Below are positions 1 to 8,292 of a stretch of DNA of 64,000 bases, piece after piece (the first letter of the stretch is position 1; every line of letters starts with the position of its first letter). Origin of the DNA: Pigmentiphaga sp. Its GTDB lineage: Bacteria; Pseudomonadota; Gammaproteobacteria; Burkholderiales; Burkholderiaceae_B. The translations under genes and the position numbers were made by a program. The stretch lies in assembly GCA_041678365.1 (NCBI GenBank), contig JBAYOI010000001.1, positions 6,153 to 70,152 of the forward strand, written 5' to 3'. The notes below the pieces were generated by a model that was given only the letters and a program-made list of their open reading frames with translations, was not told the origin of the DNA and did not search any database.

Positions 1-199
1 CCATCAGAATGCGGTACATCTCATACGGGGCCACCGGGCATTCCCGAACGGCGCGCACCGCACTGCCGATGGCGGCGTCCACCTGTTCGGGCGAGGCCAC
101 CGCCATTTCTCCATAGACTTGATCATCGAACTTGGCATAAAGCGTTTGCTTGGCGGCTTCGCCATCGACCCAATGGCCGTCGATTAACAATCTGGACAT
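1..199 (-). CDS. Aldehyde dehydrogenase family protein, N-terminal part (runs off the window edge)
   Basis: Own translation from ATG at 199: MSRLLIDGHWVDGEAAKQTLYAKFDDQVYGEMAVASPEQVDAAIGSA, a typical ALDH N-terminus. GAGGA RBS upstream. Confidence 0.75.
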   Translation of the reverse strand, partial: MSRLLIDGHWVDGEAAKQTLYAKFDDQVYGEMAVASPEQVDAAIGSAVRAVRECPVAPYEMYRILM

Positions 200-209
200 G
201 CGCTTTTCC

Positions 210-836
210 TCAGCTGGCCAGCGCTTGCATGAAGCGCTGTCGAATTTTTGAAGGATCCCGCTCCGTCACCCCCGCGGGTTTGTCGCCATCAACACGAACG
301 CCGATGAACCAGGGGCCCGCCTCTTGCCGTGTCAGATCGATCAAGCGGGAGAACTCGTCTTCACTCGTGGCCCAGACGCTTTTCTCAATGCCGCAGGCCC
401 GGGCGGCGCCGACCAGATCTACCGCCTGCCCGGTCAAGGTCGGCTGCGAGCCGGTAATTTGGTAAATACCGTTGTCCCACACGACAATCACCAGGTTTTC
501 CGCACCGGAAGCGGCAACCGTGCCCAGCGAGCCAAGCTGCATCAGCAGGGATCCATCTCCCTCCAGCGCATACGTGCGGCGCGCCGGTTGTGCGATCGCG
601 ACGCCCAGCGCAATCGCGCTGGTCAACCCCATGCTGCCCAGCATGTAGAAGTTGTGCTCGCGCTGGCCGCTGGCCCACAGGTCGAAATTGTTGTTGCCGA
701 TCCCGCCGATCACCGCCTCGCCGTGGGTCAGCTTGCTCACCAGCAGGCGAGTCATCGCGGAACGGTTCAACACGGTGCATGCCTGCTTCGTGTTGGTTTT
801 CAGCTGCGTCAGGTCCATATTCATTTCTCCGCTCAT
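210..836 (-). CDS. ThDP-dependent decarboxylase beta subunit (ComE / sulfo- or phosphonopyruvate decarboxylase-like)
   Basis: FYMLGSMG motif and ThDP motif GDGSLLMQ...VWDNG. 4-bp overlap with the alpha subunit gene. Confidence 0.8.
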   Translation of the reverse strand: MSGEMNMDLTQLKTNTKQACTVLNRSAMTRLLVSKLTHGEAVIGGIGNNNFDLWASGQREHNFYMLGSMGLTSAIALGVAIAQPARRTYALEGDGSLLMQLGSLGTVAASGAENLVIVVWDNGIYQITGSQPTLTGQAVDLVGAARACGIEKSVWATSEDEFSRLIDLTRQEAGPWFIGVRVDGDKPAGVTERDPSKIRQRFMQALAS

Positions 837-1354
837 CGCTTCTTGGTCAGCAACGGCGACAGCAGCAGCGCCGCCGCCTCCTGCGTTGCAAACGCTTGAT
901 GGATCATGCCGTCCACCATGAAATCCAGATCCTGCAACGACGTCATGCGATGCGTCTCAATGCCCATTGAGTTCAGGATCGGCACCATCGTCCGGCACAC
1001 CATGACCTGGCCAAGCTGGTGATCCCCCATCGTGCCGCGCTCCGAAATCATCATCAGCAGCGGAATCTGGTAGGGTCTGACGAGCGAGGCCAGCACATTG
1101 GGCAGCGTGGCGAAGCCGCTGGTCTGCATCAGCACGATGCCGCGCAATCCCGCCATGTACGCGCCGGTCACAATGCCAACCGCTTCCTCTTCCCGGGCCG
1201 GGCAATACACGGTGAAATACGGATCGGCGTGCAGCGTCTTGATCAGCGGCGCCAACACGTTGTCCGGCACATAGGCGACCAGCTTGACTTCGTGGCGTTT
1301 CAAGACCTCCACCACGATGTCCCACCAGTTGCGTGTTGGTTCTTCCTGTTGCAT
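833..1354 (-). CDS. ThDP-dependent decarboxylase alpha subunit (ComD-like Pyr domain)
   Basis: YVPD, AREEEAVGI (catalytic Glu), LMQTSG, ISERG motifs. GAGGT RBS. Confidence 0.8.
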   Translation of the reverse strand: MQQEEPTRNWWDIVVEVLKRHEVKLVAYVPDNVLAPLIKTLHADPYFTVYCPAREEEAVGIVTGAYMAGLRGIVLMQTSGFATLPNVLASLVRPYQIPLLMMISERGTMGDHQLGQVMVCRTMVPILNSMGIETHRMTSLQDLDFMVDGMIHQAFATQEAAALLLSPLLTKKR

Positions 1355-1371
1355 GTTTCACCTCTGTTGTT

Positions 1372-1437
1372 GTTCGCGAGCAGAGCTCGCTCCTACAAGA
1401 GTTGCGTTTTTTGTAGGAGCGAGCTCTGCTCGCGAAC
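1372..1437. repeat. GTAG-family REP doublet (perfect 27-bp inverted repeat, 12-bp spacer)
   Basis: GTTCGCGAGCAGAGCTCGCTCCTACAA (1372-1398) is the exact reverse complement of 1411-1437. Each arm reads GTAG-GA-GCGAGC-TCT-GCTCGC. Confidence 0.85.
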
Positions 1438-1447
1438 CTTCTGTACC

Positions 1448-1852
1448 TCAATCCAGCGCTGCGGTGTAATAGCTGCCGCGTCCGCTGGCGATCAGTTTTC
1501 TGGATTCGTCGAACACGCTGGCCTCACACACGGAGAACTGCTTGCCTTGCTTGATCACCGTGCCGCTGACGAACAGATCGCCCTTCAAGGCCATGCGGTG
1601 GTAATCCACCCGCATGTCGATGGTCGGCACCAAGCGCCCCAGGCTATGGAACAAGGCAAAATCCGCGGCGAAGTCGATCAGCGCGGCAAGAATCCCGCCC
1701 TGGGTCTGGCCGAATTTCTGATTGGCCACCCACTCCGGGCGCCAGGTCGCCTTGGCTTCCATCCGGTCCGGCTCGCACACGAGGATCTCAATGCCCAGCC
1801 AGCTCAAATAGGGACTGCGTTCGATCAATGCTTGATGTGCTTCGCTGTTCAT
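1448..1852 (-). CDS. PaaI family hot-dog thioesterase
   Basis: QGGILAALIDFA and PTIDMRVDYHR motifs. 134 aa. Confidence 0.85.
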   Translation of the reverse strand: MNSEAHQALIERSPYLSWLGIEILVCEPDRMEAKATWRPEWVANQKFGQTQGGILAALIDFAADFALFHSLGRLVPTIDMRVDYHRMALKGDLFVSGTVIKQGKQFSVCEASVFDESRKLIASGRGSYYTAALD

Positions 1853-1861
1853 CCCGTCCCC

Positions 1862-3373
1862 CTAGGCTTCTTGACGCATCGACATTTTCTTGATTTCCTC
1901 CGCTTCCGCGGTCAGGCGTCGGCGGTCGATTTTTCCAACGCCATTGAGCGGCAGCGACTCCGTGAAAATCACTTTGCGCGGATACTGGAACGGCGGCGCG
2001 TTCTTCAGCGCATACGCCTGCACGTCCTCTTCGGTCAGCAGCGAATCCTTGCGCTTGACGATGAAGCTGTACGGGATGCGGTGCTTGATCTCATCCGAGA
2101 CCGGGACCACGATGGCTTGATCAATGTCCGGATGCCGCTCCAGCATCAGTTCGACCTCGCCGGGATAGACGTTGTTGCCACTGCACACGAACATGTCATC
2201 GGAACGGCCCACGAAGTAGTACCAGCCGTCCTGGTCTTTTCTCAGCACGTCGCCGGTATCGAACCAGCCGTCCTTCAGGCGCCGCGCCATCTCGGCGGGA
2301 TTGTTGTGATAGCCGTTCATCATGCCGGGGCCCTTCACGTACAGCACGCCAAAATCCGGGCTTTCTCCCACCAGCTTGAATTCATTGCCGGGGACGGGCC
2401 AACCCACGGAATGGCGAGGTCGCACCTTGCCCTCAGGATGCGGGCCGAACAGCGCCGCGCTGGTTTCAGTAATGCCGAAGATCAGCGCAACCTCGGATTG
2501 CGGGAAGGTCAGTAATACGGAATCAATCAACTCATCCGTGGCCGGTGCACCGCCCATGGTGGACAGCCGCACGAAGGAATAGTCCTGCCCGGCCAGCAGG
2601 TCCCGCTGCTGCAGAATCATCGCGAAGATGGTCGGCACACCGGACAGCACCGTGACGCGGTACTGGCTGATCGCCTTGATATAGGCGCGGGGCTCGAACT
2701 TCTTCATCAGCACGACGGTGGAGCCGCCCACCAGCACGGACTTGATCGCATTCATCGCATGCTTGTGATAGAGCGGCGCGGCGACGATCATGGTGTCGTC
2801 GCGGCAGAAACCGCGATCCCGGGAAATGGTCTCCGCCACCCACACGTGGGCGCGGTGCGACAGCAGCACGCCTTTGGGCCGCCCGGTCGAGCCCGAGGTA
2901 TAGGGCTGAAACGCGATGTCGTCATCAACCGGCACGATCGGCTCAAATGGCCCCGGATCCTGGAAAGCCTGATAGGCCTCGGACTCCACACTGATGGTGT
3001 CCACCAGGTCTTCCACCTGATGCAGCAGGTTTGCGTCACAGAACACCAGTTTGAGGTCCGAGTCTTCAATCACCCAGCGAATCGTGTCTTTCGGATGCAG
3101 CACGCCAATCGGCACCGGGATCACGCCCGCCCGCATCGCGCCAAAGAAAACAACCAGGAATTCCAGGCGGTTCACGCACAGAATGCCAATGCGGTCTCCC
3201 TTGACGAACCCTCGCTTGACGAAGCCCCGGGCCATTGCGTCACAGGCATCATGGAAGGCCGGATAGCTCAACTGACGCGGCGCGTCCGGATTCCAGAGAT
3301 CGATGATGGCGGGCCGGTCTTCCGAGCGGTACTCGATGCCGATGCAGCCGAGGTTTTTCTGAGCAGTTTTCAT
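1862..3373 (-). CDS. Acyl/aryl-CoA ligase (class I adenylate-forming enzyme)
   Basis: YTSGSTGRPKG P-loop, FGITE, DTGD, GRSDD and LNGVGKIDR motifs. Confidence 0.9.
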   Translation of the reverse strand: MKTAQKNLGCIGIEYRSEDRPAIIDLWNPDAPRQLSYPAFHDACDAMARGFVKRGFVKGDRIGILCVNRLEFLVVFFGAMRAGVIPVPIGVLHPKDTIRWVIEDSDLKLVFCDANLLHQVEDLVDTISVESEAYQAFQDPGPFEPIVPVDDDIAFQPYTSGSTGRPKGVLLSHRAHVWVAETISRDRGFCRDDTMIVAAPLYHKHAMNAIKSVLVGGSTVVLMKKFEPRAYIKAISQYRVTVLSGVPTIFAMILQQRDLLAGQDYSFVRLSTMGGAPATDELIDSVLLTFPQSEVALIFGITETSAALFGPHPEGKVRPRHSVGWPVPGNEFKLVGESPDFGVLYVKGPGMMNGYHNNPAEMARRLKDGWFDTGDVLRKDQDGWYYFVGRSDDMFVCSGNNVYPGEVELMLERHPDIDQAIVVPVSDEIKHRIPYSFIVKRKDSLLTEEDVQAYALKNAPPFQYPRKVIFTESLPLNGVGKIDRRRLTAEAEEIKKMSMRQEA

Positions 3374-4365
3374 GGCTTGACGATGACCTTTCCAAAAACA
3401 CGGCGATTTTCAAGTAAGCCCACGCCTTCGCCCGCTTGATCGAGCGGCAGGACGGAGTCAATGACAGGCTGGATTTTCCCGCTGGCGACATAGTCCAGGC
3501 AGGACTTGATGTCCTCCATTTCATAGGCGCGGGAGCCGATGATTTCGGTCTCCCGGAACCAGATGAAGCGGACGTCGATCTCACACAGATGGCCGACGGT
3601 TGAACCGCAGGTCAGGATGCGCCCATGGACGGCCATCGAGCGCTGCGTCGGGATCCAGGTGTCGCCGCCGGTGAAGTTGATTGCCACATCAACGCCTTTT
3701 TTCCCGGTCAGCCCCCAGACCTCACGGGAAAAATCCTGTGTGCCCGCATAGTTGACGATGTGATCGGCGCCCAGTTCGCGCAGCCGCTGCGCTTTTTCTT
3801 CGCTGCTGGTGCAGGCAATCACTTCAGCGCCCGCCATCTTTGCAAACTGCACGCAGGACACGCCCACACCGCCGCTCGCACCCAGCACCAGGACTTTCTC
3901 CCCGGCTTTCAGCTTGCCGCGTGTGAACAGCATGCGGTGCGAGGTGCCGTAGGCAATCGGCAAGGCGGCCGCCTGCTCCGCGCTGACGCCGTCGGGAATT
4001 TCAATCAGCTGCTGCGCGCTGACCGCGATGTATTCACACAAGCCGCCGTTGCCGTGCTCACCGAGCACGCCGCCTTTTGGAAAGCGCGGAAACAACACGA
4101 CGCGCTTGCCTTGCCACTGGGCATCCACCCCGTCGCCAAGCGCCACCACCTCGCCGGCAACATCGCCGCCGGGAATGCGCGGCATTTCCGTGGGCAGGTC
4201 CGGCATGCCGCGCATGACGAACACGTCCATGTAGTTCAACCCGCAGGCTTCGATCTTGACCAATACCTGACCGGCGGCAGGCGATGGCACCGCCCAGCTT
4301 TCGAGCTTCAGTTGATCAAGACCACCATGTTCTCTCAGGGCGATCACCCGCATTGACTTGGACAT
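3370..4365 (-). CDS. Medium-chain dehydrogenase/reductase (quinone oxidoreductase-like)
   Basis: ACGLNYMD, PGGDVAGEV, GASGGVG and GKVIV motifs. Start moved to MSKSMRV (4365), which has a GAGG RBS. Confidence 0.85.
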   Translation of the reverse strand: MSKSMRVIALREHGGLDQLKLESWAVPSPAAGQVLVKIEACGLNYMDVFVMRGMPDLPTEMPRIPGGDVAGEVVALGDGVDAQWQGKRVVLFPRFPKGGVLGEHGNGGLCEYIAVSAQQLIEIPDGVSAEQAAALPIAYGTSHRMLFTRGKLKAGEKVLVLGASGGVGVSCVQFAKMAGAEVIACTSSEEKAQRLRELGADHIVNYAGTQDFSREVWGLTGKKGVDVAINFTGGDTWIPTQRSMAVHGRILTCGSTVGHLCEIDVRFIWFRETEIIGSRAYEMEDIKSCLDYVASGKIQPVIDSVLPLDQAGEGVGLLENRRVFGKVIVKP

Positions 4366-4412
4366 ACAGCCTCTCAGTGCAAGAATTGATAAGGAGAAAA
4401 AACGTCCCGGAT

Positions 4413-5378
4413 TCAGTCGACAGTGATGCCCGCCTGCTTCACCACGGACTCCCACAGCGCAATATCCTGGTTGATCAATTTGTCGTATTCAGCGGTGTTC
4501 ATCTGGGTCGGCGTCACCTCTATACCGGTAAGACGCTTGCGGATCTCCGGGTCCTCCAGCACCTGTTTGACCCCGTCCTGGAGCCAATCCACCACCTCGG
4601 CGGGCGTGCCGGACGGCGCAACCAGGCCCCACCAGTTGATGACGTGCACGCCCTCAACGCCCAGCTCTTCGAAGGTGGGAATGTCCGGATAGCTGGCCAG
4701 CCGGTTGCGGTCCGCCACGGCCAACGCCTTCAGCCGTCCGGTCTGAACCATCGACATGCCGGAGGCGGTGCTGCCGAACAGCCCATCCACCTGGCCGCCC
4801 ACGGTATCGGCCATGGCGGGTCCCGCCCCCTGATAAGCCACGCTCAACAGCTTGCTCTGCGTTTTCTGCTGGAGCAGCTCGGTGGCCAGGTGGCCGAGCG
4901 AACCTACGCCGGAATGCGCCACGGTACGGCCACGCTCACCGCCATCAAGAAAGGCTTTCAGGTCTTTCGGCCCTGAGGTTGGCACATACAGCACGAACGG
5001 TCCCGTTCCCACCAGCGCCACGGCGGAAAAATCCTTTTTCACGTCATAGCTGGTGTTCTTGCGCAAGATCGGGTTCAAAACGATGGCAACGTCCGCCAAC
5101 AACAGCGTTGACCCATCATTATTTGCGCGAGCAAGCTGTGTGCCCGCAATGGCGCCGTTGGCGCCCGGCTTGTTGACAACCACGACTTGAGCGCCGATGG
5201 CTTTTTGCAGCGCCGGGGCAATCGCCCTGCCTACCGTATCCGAGGCGCCACCTGGCGCATACGGCACAAGCAGTTCAATGACCTTCGGGGCGGAGGCAGG
5301 CTTGGCAACGCTGACATTTGCTAACGCAATCGTACAAATCAGGGTGCCAAGCACTCGACAGGCTGGGTGGAATTCCAT
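4413..5378 (-). CDS. Bug/TctC tripartite tricarboxylate transporter substrate-binding protein
   Basis: VPYAPGGASD, NKPGANG, YQGAGPA and PTFEE motifs. Start taken at MEFHP (GGAG RBS). Confidence 0.9.
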   Translation of the reverse strand: MEFHPACRVLGTLICTIALANVSVAKPASAPKVIELLVPYAPGGASDTVGRAIAPALQKAIGAQVVVVNKPGANGAIAGTQLARANNDGSTLLLADVAIVLNPILRKNTSYDVKKDFSAVALVGTGPFVLYVPTSGPKDLKAFLDGGERGRTVAHSGVGSLGHLATELLQQKTQSKLLSVAYQGAGPAMADTVGGQVDGLFGSTASGMSMVQTGRLKALAVADRNRLASYPDIPTFEELGVEGVHVINWWGLVAPSGTPAEVVDWLQDGVKQVLEDPEIRKRLTGIEVTPTQMNTAEYDKLINQDIALWESVVKQAGITVD

Positions 5379-5507
5379 GATCTCTCCCGGAACAGAAAAC
5401 GTTTGATGAATCAAAAGTCTGTTGCAAAGATATGTCTGAGATCATGGTAATGACCAGCTTTGATCAGAACAAATAGTTAGTTTTTGTGGATTAACAAAAA
5501 AAATTGA

Positions 5508-6233
5508 TTAATTCTGCCTGAGCAAAATCCCTTGGGCATGCGCGGCGTCCCGCACCCCTATCGCACGCAAAGCGCACCACATCATCGCCACCGTGGCGGT
5601 AATCACCGGTTTCTGCAAATCCTGCTCCAGCGCGTCAATCACGCTCAAGCTTGGCAAACCGACACCGCTGATGAACACGGCGTCAGCCTGTTCATGATCG
5701 GCCGCCCGCCCCAACCGGTAAGCCTCGGACGGCGCCTGGTCGTAAATACTGCCGATAGCCCCGAGCCGGGCCGACTTGACCACCGACACACCCCGGGCGG
5801 CCAGATAATCCAGACCCGCTTGCGTGACGGCTTCGTCATAAGGTGTTGCATAGGCCAGCCGCTTGACGTCCAAGTGCTGCAAAGCCCGCATGACCGCTTC
5901 CATGGCGGTCACCACCGGCACGCCGAACCGCGATTCGGCGCGCTGCAGAAAGGACTGCTCCCGCTGCGAACCCAACGTTGTGCTCAATGACGCGTGCGCC
6001 ACCATCAAGACCTGCGGCCTGACCAGCATCAGCAACGTGGCAGCGTCTTCTACCGAGTCGAACTGCTGCTGATTGCGCTCCGCTTGTCCCTCATGCTGGC
6101 CCACGGCGCCCGACGCCCGCAGCCGGTTGAAGTACATACCCACGCCGTCCGGCGTCAGCGCCATGACCTCCGGCTCAAGCGTGGGATTACCCGGGGGAAC
6201 CAACCATCCGATACGGCCTCGCCAACCCATCAT
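5508..6233 (-). CDS. Asp/Glu racemase superfamily protein (maleate isomerase / arylmalonate decarboxylase-like)
   Basis: GRIGWLVPPGNPTLEPE, ATPY and LEQDLQKPVIT motifs. Catalytic Cys positions are not conserved (see findings). Confidence 0.8.
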   Translation of the reverse strand: MMGWRGRIGWLVPPGNPTLEPEVMALTPDGVGMYFNRLRASGAVGQHEGQAERNQQQFDSVEDAATLLMLVRPQVLMVAHASLSTTLGSQREQSFLQRAESRFGVPVVTAMEAVMRALQHLDVKRLAYATPYDEAVTQAGLDYLAARGVSVVKSARLGAIGSIYDQAPSEAYRLGRAADHEQADAVFISGVGLPSLSVIDALEQDLQKPVITATVAMMWCALRAIGVRDAAHAQGILLRQN

Positions 6234-6463
6234 GATTCATCTCTCCTCGTTTATCCGCTCAATGCGCGTGCTCACCGCTCGTTGATACGTGCTTGCGCGC
6301 CGGAACGCAAGCCGTCCCGGCGCAAGCCCTCTTCTTGGAATGAGAAGGCAGGGGGGAAAACCATCGCGGCGCCCGGGCCGGAACCGGGAGGACGCCGTGA
6401 CGCATGGGTTAAAATCAAGCCTGTTTCTTCACGCCGCCTTATGCGCGCCACGGCCTTCGATTC

Positions 6464-6979
6464 ATGGTTGACAGCACTCTCAACGCTCCTGAGGAACCCG
6501 GCGCCGACGCCGTCCTTGAATACCTGCATACGCGCCCGGGTTTTCTCGTGCGGCGCGCGCACCAGATCTGCATGTCGATGTTTGCGGAAACCTGCGAGGG
6601 CCTGATGATTACGCCCACGCAATACGGGATCCTGACCGCGCTGCGCCATACGCCGGGCATCGACCAAATCAGCGTGGCCAGGAAACTCGGCCATGACCGC
6701 TCCACGGCCGCCATGGTCATCAATGCCTTGCATCAGCGCGGCCTGATCATCAAGGTGGCCGATGCCGGAGACCGCAGGAAGAACCGGCTCGAACTGAGCC
6801 CGGAAGGCTTGGCGCTTTGGGAAAAGTGCCACGTCCTGCTCAGCGAGGGGAAGGACATGCTGCTTGAGCCGTTGACGCCATCGGAAAGAAAGCAGTTCCT
6901 GTCCCTGCTGACCAAATTCACGCACAGCTACAACTCAAGCGTCCGAACCCCGCTGCTGATGAAGGGTGAAAAACAATAA
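6464..6979 (+). CDS. MarR family transcriptional regulator
   Basis: RPGFLVRRAHQ, TPTQYG, DRST and DRR winged-helix motifs. Confidence 0.9.
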   Translation: MVDSTLNAPEEPGADAVLEYLHTRPGFLVRRAHQICMSMFAETCEGLMITPTQYGILTALRHTPGIDQISVARKLGHDRSTAAMVINALHQRGLIIKVADAGDRRKNRLELSPEGLALWEKCHVLLSEGKDMLLEPLTPSERKQFLSLLTKFTHSYNSSVRTPLLMKGEKQ

Positions 6980-6982
6980 GCG

Positions 6983-8161
6983 CTAGACGGTTTCCCGCCC
7001 CAGATAGCCCTGCACCTGCACAGCGGCGGGCCATTGTTCGCATACGCCGCCGGTTTTTTGCGAAGACAAACAACGCATGCTGCGGCAAGTGCATGGATCC
7101 GGTTGGACCGGCGGCTGAGACAGCACCTTGCGCGCCCAGTCCGGATCCTTGAACAGGGGCCGGGCCAAGCCGATCAGGTCCGCGCTGCCGTCAAGCAACG
7201 CCTGCTCCGCCTGTTGCGGATCGCCCAAACCGCCGTTGGCGATGACGGGGATGGACACCGCTTGCTTGATGCGTCGGCAAGCCTCCATCTGGTAGGCGGG
7301 GCGCGTATTCAGTCCGGCGTTCTCGGGAAGTCTCAGGGTCTCGAAACTGCCCAGTGACGGCATCAGGAAGTCGCAGCCCGCTTCCTCCAGTCGCTGCGCC
7401 AGCCAGCAGGCGTCCTCGACGGCGCTGCCTTCCGGGTGCAGTTCATCCGCGAACAGATGAAAACCCAGCAGGGCGTCGCCGCCAATAGCGGCGCGCACCC
7501 GGCGGGCCAGTTCCAGTGCGAAACGGCAGCGGTTTTCCAGATTGCCGCCATAGATGTCAGTGCGATGGTTCATGCGCGGCGACATGAATTGAGCAATCAG
7601 CAAGCCCGCTGCGCCATGCAACTCCACACCGTCAAAACCCGCCTCAAGCGCCAGCCGGGCCGTGGCTTCAAAGTCCTGCATGGCTTGCTCGATATCGGCC
7701 AGCGTCATCGCCGTGGGCGTCACGCGCCTGCCCAGCAGCTCGAAGGACGCCGCCGACGGCGCATGACGCACGTCCGCGTCATAATTTTCCCAAGGCCCGG
7801 CATACCGTCCGGCATGGGCGATCTGCAACACGCCCAGCGCGCCTTCTTCATGAATGGCGCGAGCCAGGGTCCGATAGGGTTCCCGATAGGCCTTGGCGGG
7901 CGTCATCAGCGGCTGCTTCGGCAGTTGGCGGCCCCGCTCGCTGACCGCCACGTTCTCAACAATGACCAGGGCCGCGCCGCCACGCGCCCGGCGGGCATAA
8001 TGTTCGATCATCGCCTGCCCCGGCATGCCGTTTTCGTCGGCATAGCAAACCGACATCGGCGCGTGAACCACACGGTTGGGAAGGCGATGCCGGTTCAGGA
8101 CGAACGGTGTCCCCAGCATCGGCGAGCCCTGAAGCGGCCCGGACTTGAAAGCATGCATCAT
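6983..8161 (-). CDS. NADH:flavin oxidoreductase (Old Yellow Enzyme family)
   Basis: PNRVVHAPM, QIAHAGR, GFDGVELHGA, RTDIYGG and GLARP motifs. Start uncertain (8161 or 8119); the ORF-track start at 8206 lies inside a repeat element. Confidence 0.85.
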   Translation of the reverse strand: MMHAFKSGPLQGSPMLGTPFVLNRHRLPNRVVHAPMSVCYADENGMPGQAMIEHYARRARGGAALVIVENVAVSERGRQLPKQPLMTPAKAYREPYRTLARAIHEEGALGVLQIAHAGRYAGPWENYDADVRHAPSAASFELLGRRVTPTAMTLADIEQAMQDFEATARLALEAGFDGVELHGAAGLLIAQFMSPRMNHRTDIYGGNLENRCRFALELARRVRAAIGGDALLGFHLFADELHPEGSAVEDACWLAQRLEEAGCDFLMPSLGSFETLRLPENAGLNTRPAYQMEACRRIKQAVSIPVIANGGLGDPQQAEQALLDGSADLIGLARPLFKDPDWARKVLSQPPVQPDPCTCRSMRCLSSQKTGGVCEQWPAAVQVQGYLGRETV

Positions 8162-8165
8162 CGGC

Positions 8166-8291
8166 GTGAAGAACTCCGGCCGTATCGGACGGAGCTTCTC
8201 CGCCACGATACGGGGGCACCTGCGGTGCCATGTTTAAAATTTGCCTCGCTTGACCTCGCCCTGAAGGGCGAGGCTTGCGCATAGGCATGTG
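8166..8291 (-). mobile_element. 126-bp non-autonomous IS200/IS605-type element (PATE/MITE-like), copy 1
   Basis: Preceded by TGAC (8292-8295). LE has CAAG then the hairpin CCTCGCCC-TTCA-GGGCGAGG; RE has GAAG, a hairpin, then TTCTTCAC. Near-identical to 61775-61900 and similar to 46040-46163. Confidence 0.8.
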
Positions 8292-8292
8292 G

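Noticed and set aside
6250-6440. GC-rich hairpins upstream of the isomerase-like gene as a riboswitch
   Set aside because: Imperfect stems are expected at this GC content; no match to a motif I recognise.
8162-8206. MAEKLRPIRPEFFTP extension of the OYE ORF and the similar ORF at 61585-61815
   Set aside because: Both are translations of the repeated mini-element right end, not a shared protein domain.
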